Source: Octopus vulgaris
Taxonomy: Eukaryota
Direction of reading: 5' to 3'
Length of the DNA: 64,000 nt
Assembly: GCA_951406725.2 (NCBI GenBank)
Contig: OX597821.1
Location: forward strand, 74,214,001-74,278,000
Below, piece by piece: positions 54,560 through 64,000 of this stretch (its first letter is position 1; the number at the start of each line of letters is the position of its first letter). Below the pieces are notes generated by a model, which worked only from the letters and a program-made list of their open reading frames with translations, did no database searches and had not been told where the DNA came from. A program made the translations under genes and the position numbers.

Positions 54560-55400
54560 AGCAAATGCGCCATTTTTACCTCTTACAGGAATATCCTCAA
54601 AATATCATTGGCTTCAGATTTCATCGACTCCACGAACGGTATTGATGCACTGACACCACGCATTCATCGTCCTGCACTTCAAATTCACTTTCTCCTCAAC
54701 TACTTCATTGCTCTCCTTCTGCAGTCCCTGCTTTCCTCTCTGTGACCCCTATTGTACACTTATCTTCACTCATTTCCCTTAAACCGATGTGACCTCCTAC
54801 TCCGTACTTCCCTCATCCCAGACACACGATGTCGGTTTGAAATCTGACACGAATTATCAAGATACAAGTAACACTTTCCCAATATTCAGATGGCTTCCAG
54901 TTCTCTATGTCAAGTACCCTAATTGGCATTTTCTGATTTCGTCGCCATATTTGGTTTTCATCTGCCATCTAACTAGAAGAGTTGGCTTCCATTCGAATGC
55001 TAAAGAGATCGATCACTTGCGTTGTAACTCTTCCAACCTGGTATACACCGTAACTCGTACGCCCTGCCATACATTAGACCTGTAGCGCATATCACAGTTT
55101 GTGAAACAGGTCCCTAATATAGTTGCTGGGTCCTAAAAATAATAAAGTCCATGACATCCTCGACACTCTAGCTTATCATTTCAACGTGCTTAGTCATTCC
55201 TTACCACTTTTCAGGTGGCAGAACTCTTTAGCATCATGGTTGTTTTGAGACCCGAGACCATCAAGGACACCGAGCACACATTATCTTTAACCTGGGTATA
55301 TCTGCACTGCATGGCCTAGTTGCATAGCCCACCTCCTTTTCATTCTGCCTTCATTTCTCATCCTTTGCTGCTATATTTTCACCTGTTTTTGTTTATACTT
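54560..55400 (+). pseudogene. Decayed Penelope-like element (RT C-terminus and GIY-YIG linker)
   Basis: HRPALQIHF-like RT segment, CTTCCCTCATCCCA (SSSH-type) motif, and LRCNSSNLVYTVTRTPC resembling the CxSxNxVYxIxCxxC motif that precedes GIY-YIG. Confidence 0.6.
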
Positions 55401-55594
55401 TGCTATATATAGCTATGTATAATTAACAATGTATGTATATGTATATAAATTAATTACTCTGTGTGTATACTTCATTTCCATGATACTTACGGCTTAGTCG
55501 TAATTCTCATGTTATCTTTCCATGCGTTATTTTTTACTTTTACTTTCAGTTTTACAGTTTTCAACCAGGATCTATGACCGTACTGGTGCATTGC

Positions 55595-55670
55595 CAATGG
55601 AGGCTTGATATTTTTTAACTTCGGTGATCGAGATGGAACAGGTGTAGAAACTGTATTATATCTGCAGTTC
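55595..55670 (-). pseudogene. Very degenerate 5S rRNA 5' fragment
   Basis: Minus strand ACACCTGTTCCATCTCGATCACCGAAGTTAA resembles 5S CACCGGTTCTCGTCCGATCACCGAAGTTAAG. Confidence 0.45.
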
Positions 55671-55766
55671 ATGCAGACATGGTACTTATTCACCGACATA
55701 TTTTTAAGATCATATTTAGGTTCTATTGGCCTGCGTAGTGGTACACACACACAAACACACGCACAA

Positions 55767-55798
<32 letters not shown>

Positions 55799-56071
55799 AC
55801 ACCCGTGTGCACGCAAACATCTATGCATCATGCTAAACTTTAATACATCGCACAGAAGCAGTTGAGGTCAATATATTACATTAAACTCCTACAGGCTTTT
55901 TATCAGTATTTTCATTGTCCAATGTCTGAGCCGTAATTCTTCTTCATTCTTCTACCCATGTACTATTAATTTACCATTTTTAAATTTTCCTGACACGAGA
56001 GAACACTTCAATTCGTTGTTTCCTTATTACCCGTAGTAGTTGTAGTAGTAGTAGTAGTAGTAGTAGTAGTA

Positions 56072-56239
56072 AATTATTTACATTATTTACATTTGACGGT
56101 CATTTGTCGTCATCTTATTTGTTGTTAACACAACCTTTCGGCTGATATACCCTCCGGCCTTCATTAGTTGTCTTGGGGAAATTTCGAACCTGGGTTCTCA
56201 TTCCTAAGGTATTTTTCGATGTTGTTGTTGTTGTTGTTG

Positions 56240-56270
<31 letters not shown>

Positions 56271-56271
56271 A

Positions 56272-56320
<49 letters not shown>

Positions 56321-56393
56321 TCACTGCCTGGAATCGAACTCGGAATCTTGGGGGTTAGTTGCCCGCGCTCTTAACCACTACGCCATATGCCCG
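56072..56393 (-). mobile_element. tRNA-headed SINE family F carrying a hammerhead-like motif
   Basis: A box TGGCGTAGTGG, B box GAGTTCGATTCC, internal (AAT)n(AAC)n, hammerhead-like motif at 56127-56172, tail (TGTAAATAA)2. Confidence 0.75.
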
Positions 56394-56887
56394 TAATTTT
56401 AATTATAATTTTTTTTTTTCCTCTTTTCGAAGACGACATTTCTCAATTTGAACCTGAACACATCGGGATTACATTTCAAAGAAACTCCATACTGTCTCAC
56501 AAAACTTAATACGGAAAATTATTTCGTGTGTAGCTGTGTCGATATTGACGACTGTCTGATTCTTTCTGCCGTTGATCATTCTTCCCCGTTCTTTAATTTT
56601 CAGGCAAATTATCTCCAATTTTACGACGTTCCACTCTTTATTACCGAACATCATGGCGGTTTATTTCGTCGTTTTCTAAAATACGCTGTCAATCATCCAA
56701 GATGTTTTTCTTTATTTTAGAAATGCTTTCCAACAAATACATCACATAAACCTATATATACGAGGGCTTATGTATGTATACATATGTGATTTGTGTATAT
56801 ATGTTAGTGTGTCTACGTCTATGTATGTATGTATATATATGTATATATGTGTAGATAAATGTGTAGATAAATAATGCCGAAGTTTAC

Positions 56888-56972
<85 letters not shown>

Positions 56973-57050
56973 CATATATATATACATATATATATACATA
57001 TATATATATTTATATATATATATATATATTTACACTCGCATAAACACATG

Positions 57051-57091
<41 letters not shown>

Positions 57092-57927
57092 ATGTACATG
57101 TGTGCTTCTGTACTTCTGTGTGTGTATGCTTGTATTGCAATTACGCTCTGTATTTTCACATTTCAAATTTTACTCGCCATTAAAACCGTCTCGTACCTCA
57201 TTTTATTGTTAGAGTTTTTGATATCAAGTCCCACCAGCGACATTCTTTTATTTTCAGTTTAGAAACATTTCCCCCCTCCAACCCCTCCGTAAATTTTCTC
57301 TCTCTAACTCCTCCTTACATTCACTCTGTTCGATAGTTCTTCTTTCTATTTCCATCCCTTTTGTATATATTCAATTTTATTGTCTATTTTTTAAAAATTT
57401 TATTGCAATTCCTCTGCCCACTTCCCGATGATCATAGTAGTCGATAACTTTATCGTGATTTTCTAGGTGCAGATCATGTCACAAGGTTTTACAATTGTCA
57501 GTAATCCAAGACGGAGAAAGATAGAAATCTCCGCTTTCGTTTAGTCGAACCGATCTTAAAGCCCTTATCTATTTATCTATATAAAAGAAAATAAGGGAAA
57601 TAACTAAAAATAATAAAATATTTATGACCTTCCGTTCAAGGATACAGAGATCAACAATAATTTAGTATTTTAATTACATTTTAAAATGATGTTTCTGTTA
57701 TTGTTGCTATTGTCTACCTCCACTTCAGCTCTTTTAAAACAGGTGTAGCATCAAAGATGCTCTATGCATGACCATCCCTATTTATTTTCCCAATGTCGTA
57801 TATTTAAGATCATCATTTCCAATATGGCATTCATGAAATTTGAAGAACTTTAGGTTTATATGTCTAGCTTGTTAAGTGATCACTTCGAATTCCCGATGCT
57901 TATTGTTTTGCATAAAGGTCACTTATA

Positions 57928-58081
57928 GGCGTAGGAGTGGCTGTGTGGTAAGTATCTAGCTTACGAACCACATGGTTCCGGGGTCAATCCCATTGCGTGG
58001 TACCTTGGGCAAGTGTCTTCTACGGGCCGACCAAAGCTTTGTGAGTGGATCTGGTAGAAGGAAACTGAAAGGAGCCCGTCG

Positions 58082-58082
<1 letters not shown>
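57928..58082 (+). mobile_element. SINE family C head (CORE-SINE-like)
   Basis: GGCGTAGGAGTGGCTGTGTGGTAAG...GTGGTACCTTGGGCAAGTGTCTT contains the CORE motif CCTTGGGCAAGT. Confidence 0.85.
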
Positions 58083-58115
<33 letters not shown>

Positions 58116-58164
58116 CAATTTTGTTTTAATATATTTGGAATATCAACTTAACTGCAACAACTTT

Positions 58165-58600
58165 GATAGGTTTCGGCCAGTAGAGACCTAGGCTATGTCT
58201 AACCTAATAGCACCACCTGGTGAAGTCATTTAGTCATATATGGCCCACTCTAGCAAAGAGTTATTATTTATGGTGATATATCCGGAGGAAGGTGGCTGGT
58301 CCGGGATTTTGTGAAGAAATTTGTCCAGTGAATTTTTGAACTTTATGGGATCCGTTTCCGTTTTGGTGTATTTTGGTGAGGTAAAGTAATCGTGGCGTAA
58401 TATTGTTATGTGTCCTGAGTTCGAGTTTTGTAGTGGGAGGATACCACGGGGTCCAAGTCTTGGGTGAATTTTAAAATTGATGCCAACATCATTTGTGCAA
58501 TATTGATGGAATATTTTCTACATCAAACAAATGATGTAGCGCTGCCGGAAGCGTTGGAGAGAGTAGAGATTGAACAATTGCATTTGCGAAACATCTTTAA
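58165..58600 (-). mobile_element. CR1-like LINE 3' fragment
   Basis: Minus strand LFNLYSLQRFRQRYIICLM*KIF. Homologous to 61500-61985 including the 3' UTR. Confidence 0.8.
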
Positions 58601-59075
58601 GGCCGCTTGTGTAAAGGAGACGATAATATTTGAACAGCAACGATAGAGATTTTACAAGACGAAATAACATATTTCACTAATGAGGAAATATTAACTAACT
58701 GGTTGTTAAATAGTTGGTTACGTTTGTATCCCTAAGGTATTAATCAAACAATATTGTGTGGTTAAAGCGTGATATTTCATAATAGACTAGGATTGGTTTA
58801 GGGATTAACAATTTCCAAGGAAAATCTTTGGTAAAAATATTTAATTAGAAATTGCTCATTAAAGTATTTGGAGGACAAACAAGGAGTATTTGGAGTTTGC
58901 TTTTAGTTAGGTCATAGTATTTAAACAGAATGTTGGAAGACGTTAGTTTAGAAAGTGAATCTAAAATGAATTGAAATAGTAATAGTGTATAAAGTTTCTA
59001 ATCGGGAAAATAAATGAGAAATTGGAGATAGAAGATTCTAGATAAAAGATTCTATCAAGATAAACGTTGCTAATT

Positions 59076-59159
<84 letters not shown>

Positions 59160-59278
59160 ACGAAACTCAGAGTTTTATCATGGCTATTGAATAATTGTAC
59201 ATATTATTTTACAGATACATTTCATCTATTTACATAATATTGAGGTCTCTTTCTTACTTTTGTTATCTTACCGTTTTT

Positions 59279-59373
<95 letters not shown>

Positions 59374-59388
59374 GTGTGTGTGTGTGTG

Positions 59389-59419
<31 letters not shown>

Positions 59420-59424
<5 letters not shown>

Positions 59425-59580
59425 ATCCAAACAAGAAAACAAAAAAACACAACAACGCGAGGACGTGGAACAAATATAGTATTATTGGACGCTCAGGAAA
59501 GAAGGGAAGAAGGAGAGTTTAACGTTTCGAGCGGAGCTCTTCGTCGGAAACATAGGGGAAGGAAAGATCCCGAGAAGGGA
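59420..59580 (-). mobile_element. Penelope-like pseudo-LTR fragment with minimal hammerhead
   Basis: Minus strand GTTT-CCGACGA-A-GAGC-TCC-GCTC-GAAA-CG-TT-AAAC at 59551-59517. Confidence 0.7.
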
Positions 59581-59669
59581 AGATATGTATGTATTCGACC
59601 ATTGAATGCAATACTTATTTTTCGAAAATTTTGTAAATCTCACAACATGAGATATTCAGCAACAGTTCT

Positions 59670-60029
59670 TTGTAGTAAATTTGTTTGCCAACATAACATG
59701 GCAGTCCTGGTTTAGGACGAGTGTTGTTGTAATATAGCCCCAGCTGACACCGTCTCTAGCTGGCTGTACGACACGATCTGTGTCCTTATTTATTCGAACA
59801 AGAGAATCTAGCGCTCCGACTCAGTTCAAAACAATATCTGTGAAGGGAAATAACCCGAAAATCGCGATACATATTGTTTTGGACTGAGTGGGGGTACTAG
59901 ATTCCATTGTCCGAAAATATAAAAACAAAGATCGTGTAGCTGGAGACGATGATCCTGGGGCTAAATTACAGCAACATTCGTCCTAAATCAGGACTGCCAT
60001 GTTATGTTGGCAAACAATCTTTACTACAA
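59670..60029. mobile_element. Fold-back palindromic element
   Basis: TTGTAGTAAA..TGTTTGCCAACATAACATGGCAGTCCTGGTTTAGGACGA... inverted against ...TCGTCCTAAATCAGGACTGCCATGTTATGTTGGCAAACA..TTTACTACAA. Inner ACTCAGTTCAAAACAATAT/ATATTGTTTTGGACTGAGT. Confidence 0.85.
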
Positions 60030-60569
60030 CGTTTTTTTTCCATTCTCTCACTATTTCCTCCTATTCCTCTCTGTCGGAGAGCGGAGGCACGAAACGTAAA
60101 ATACTTTTACATTTCTTCCCGGGCGTTAAACTAATACACTTGCTTGTTGTTCTTACACCTGCGTTCCCTTCATCATATATGCAGTAATCACATTCGGTTA
60201 AAATGTCTTATTGGTGTGCTTTGTTTATCTTTTCCTTCTCCTGATGAGAAGATTGCATTGTTTTTCATTATTTTATTTCTTCTGGAATAATACCAATGTT
60301 TTCATCGAAACATGTGTTGGAAGTATAATGATTTGAATAACAACTGCGCTTAACTCCATATATGTATATATATATATATATATATACCATAAATCATCAG
60401 GTATATTGATGGATGTTTAAACAGAAGATAAAGAGTTATTGGAAATGTAACTTTAAAAAGTACAATCGACAGACTATTGACATTTTGTATTGACAAAAGA
60501 AGTCACTTTAGAATTTCCAATGACATATATTGATTTAGTATACACGCATATATATATATGTACATGCAC

Positions 60570-60697
<128 letters not shown>

Positions 60698-61499
60698 CGA
60701 AGTTAGTTCAGTATATATGCGAAGATAGTTCAGTAATCCCTACGGGACGTGAGAAAATTTATATAGGGAGTACTATTGATTTAAAAAAATAGATATAGGG
60801 GACCCAAGAATTCCACGACATTAGCATCATACATAAACATCCACGACATTAACCACCATACATGAACCAGCTGAAAGTGTCTAACATTGAGTATAATTAA
60901 CGATGATCAATAATTACTGAATCAATACCATAGAACACACATGCTAAATCTTGTAGGCTTTGCATAATGGAATCGAGTATTATACTATACGCTAGTAATA
61001 GTAATAAAAACATATTATTAAATAAAATTACAGACATTTTAGTATGTTGTAAGCATAAATATCTAGTGTCTTATAATTTTCTTAAACATTAAAATTAGAT
61101 TTTTAAAATGTAAAACTTTAAAGCATTTTTAAAAATACTATCTGGATTAGATCCAATGAAAACTTATGCACAAATCTAAAATCTTAAATTATTTCTTTGT
61201 TATAGTAGTATATATCAGTACAGAGTGGAATATTCCCATTGGCTATATTTGCATGATTAACCTTTCAATGAATTTCATTTCTTATTTAAACGTGGTAATT
61301 ATCTTGAAAATCGCAGAACCTGATTTTATACTGTCATATATATAAGTATATATATATATAAAGTATATATATGCATATACATATATATAAGTATATATAT
61401 ATGTATATATATAAGTATATATATATGTATATGTATATGTATATATAAGTATATATATATGTATATATATGTATATATGTAAATGCATATAGATGGCAT

Positions 61500-61985
61500 G
61501 TCAGACCTCGACTAGAAAAACTGAAACTCTGTTCATTCCTACGACGCCGTGGACGCTACATTATTTGTATGATGTGGAAAATATTCCATCAGCACTGTCC
61601 AAATGATGTTGGCATCACCTTCAAAATACACCCAAGACTTGGACCCCGTGCTATCCGTCCAAAACGAAAATCTAAATCGCATCTCATTACAACAATACGG
61701 CATATTTCACCTCAATTGGCCCCACTCTCTTCAACATTACACCAGGACACGTCAAAAGAGAAACTGACCACACAAAATTCAAGAAGTCTTTGGACAAATT
61801 CCTTTTAACAGTCCCGGACAAACCACCCACACCCGGATATGTCTCCGCAAACAAAAACTCTCTTTTCGAATGAGCCTTGATGCCCAAATCCTGAATTGAA
61901 AGACTTCACCAGGTGGTGCTATTAAGTTAGACATGGCCTGGGCCAACACTGGCCGAAACCTTTCTAAGTTATCTAAGTTAAGTTA
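61500..61985 (+). mobile_element. CR1-like LINE 3' end
   Basis: RYIICMMWKIFHQHCPNDVGI and KFKKSLDKFLLTVPDKP motifs, 3' stem-loops, (CTAAGTTAT)-like tail. Confidence 0.8.
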
Positions 61986-62018
61986 TGTATATATATGTAT
62001 ATGTATATATAAGTATAC

Positions 62019-62051
<33 letters not shown>

Positions 62052-62400
62052 AATTAAATTAGATATAAACCACTATTAGGCAACTCAAATTAAATTTAAT
62101 AATTACAAAATTAAAAAATTTATAAATTTAAAAATTTTTTAAAAATATAAAAATTTAAGGATATAAAAATAAAAAAAAATGAAATTTTAATAATTTAAAT
62201 TTTAAATTTTATATTTTATACATATATTATATATTATATAAATTATATTTATTTTTTATTTTTTATGTTTTGGTTTATGTCTATCACTGTTTGAGTTGCC
62301 TAATAGTGGTTTTATCTCTAATTTAATTTATATTTATACTGTGAAATTTGATTTAATCCAAAATCTAATTTTTCCCTGTAAGTTTGGATATACTCCCTAA

Positions 62401-62485
<85 letters not shown>

Positions 62486-62739
62486 TAAATATATATATAT
62501 ATATACATGTATATACATACATGTATATATATATATATGTATACATATACAAGTATATATATGTATATATGGATACACATACATATATATACGTATATAG
62601 ACATAGATATACACAATCAAAGACTCAGACATGCACTCATACACACATACACACACATTATTCTATCTATCTATTTGTTTATCTATCTGCCTATCTATCT
62701 CTCAATGTATCTATCTATCTATCCGTCTATTTGTCTGTC

Positions 62740-62825
<86 letters not shown>

Positions 62826-63099
62826 CTAAACTATGTAACCAAGTCTCGCATTACTTGAAGATTCGTAGACGTAAATTTCTACGTCTGACGTGTGAAACTC
62901 GTAAGGTGGGAAAATAAAGAAAAAAAAATGGCTTCAGAGTGAGAAAGTGTAAGGGCGTACGTTGGTCGGTTAAACTTACGTGTTGAAGTTGAAAGGACAT
63001 CGGCGATAAATATTGTTATGTGATAATCTAATACGGTTAGACGGACAGGAAACTGTCACCAGCTCTTCTTTTGTTACTGAGAGGTGAGACATGTATCAC

Positions 63100-63575
63100 C
63101 GCTACCTCTGCTCTTCTGGCCAAGGTTTAAAGACTACCGAAATCAGGTTACTTGGTCGTACATTGTAAGCAGTTACATTTCTTTCTGGTACTTGCTGTTG
63201 CTGTTGAGCGAACGGTCTTCGTCTCAGAGCTCGCAAGATGGAAGAAGTCCGAAATGTGGTCCTTTGCTATTCGTAAGACCCGCACAAGAGAAAGCAGGTC
63301 AACCTCCGACACTGAGAGCATTGACGGATGGAAGAATGCGCATCCAGGCTCAACGGTTGCGTAGGAAGTCGGGGACAAGAAACAGGAAGAAAGAGTGAGA
63401 GAAAGTTAAGGCGAAAGAGTACAGCAGGGTTCGCCACCCCACACCCCTGCCGGAGCCTCGTGGAGCTTTATGTGTTTTCGCTCAATAAACACACACAACA
63501 CCCGGTCTGGGAATCGAAACTGCGATCCTCTGATCGCGAGTCCGTTGCCCTAACCACTGGACCATTGCGCCTCCA
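63100..63575 (-). mobile_element. SINE family B head (63380-63575) joined to a different body
   Basis: Head matches the other family B copies up to GAAACAGGAAGAAAGAG. Sequence 63100-63378 is unrelated to the other B bodies. Confidence 0.7.
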
Positions 63576-64000
63576 CTTTCCGGTGCTAGTCAATAGTAGC
63601 CAAAGCTGGTGGCCGGCGGAAGCGAGAAATGTTATTATGAGCCAGCAGTGACTATCATACATTTGTATATATCTTGTGTAGTTTTAAACTGGTTTTTTAT
63701 AGATTATAGCGGACAATGATTAAAAGTTAAGACGTTTCTTTAATGGCAACATAATGTTAGGTGTGTTTCCTGGATATTGCAATATGCGTAATTTCTCAGG
63801 GAGGTACAATTGGAAAATACGGATTCTAGGTGAGTAAAGAAGATACTATCAAGGATGCTTCCTATGATATTTCTTGCTGTGTTGTTTTCACACAGAAACA
63901 CACACAATTATACAGACCGGCACACTTGTTGGAACGATGTTATCTTGGCTCGAGAAGCTAATCTTGAAGTTATAGCCATTAAAACATTGTACACTACTCG

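Noticed and set aside
56317-56393. SINE heads (here and families A, B, C, E) as genuine tRNA genes
   Set aside because: Acceptor stems are not closed, and each head continues into a repeat body.

Overview
AT-rich eukaryotic DNA dominated by repeats, most likely intron or intergenic sequence from an octopus or other cephalopod. That assignment is an inference from the tRNA-headed SINE families and the very high density of (TA)n, (CA)n, (TATG)n, (TATC)n, (TAA)n and (GA)n microsatellites. I found no credible host protein-coding exon. Nearly all listed ORFs are translated microsatellites or decayed transposon fragments. Recognisable content: five tRNA-headed SINE families (labelled A, B, C, E and F here), Tc1, mariner and maT remnants and MITEs, hAT and Tigger MITEs, a Helentron-type end, 3' fragments of R4/Dong-like, RTE, CR1-like and Penelope-like retroelements, a divergent full-length 5S rRNA copy, three long fold-back elements and a 13-bp minisatellite. 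Most interesting: (1) a unique ~240-nt island at 10102-10342 that folds into a closing stem with two multibranch domains; (2) a tRNA-promoter SINE carrying a minimal hammerhead ribozyme at 56072-56393, plus several other Penelope-type hammerhead motifs; (3) a SINE and a LINE that share a 3' double stem-loop; (4) microsatellite-associated RLE retroelements and a possible 5S-retroelement chimera. Coordinates of degenerate repeats are approximate, family names come from motif recognition without any database search, and RNA structures were paired by eye.
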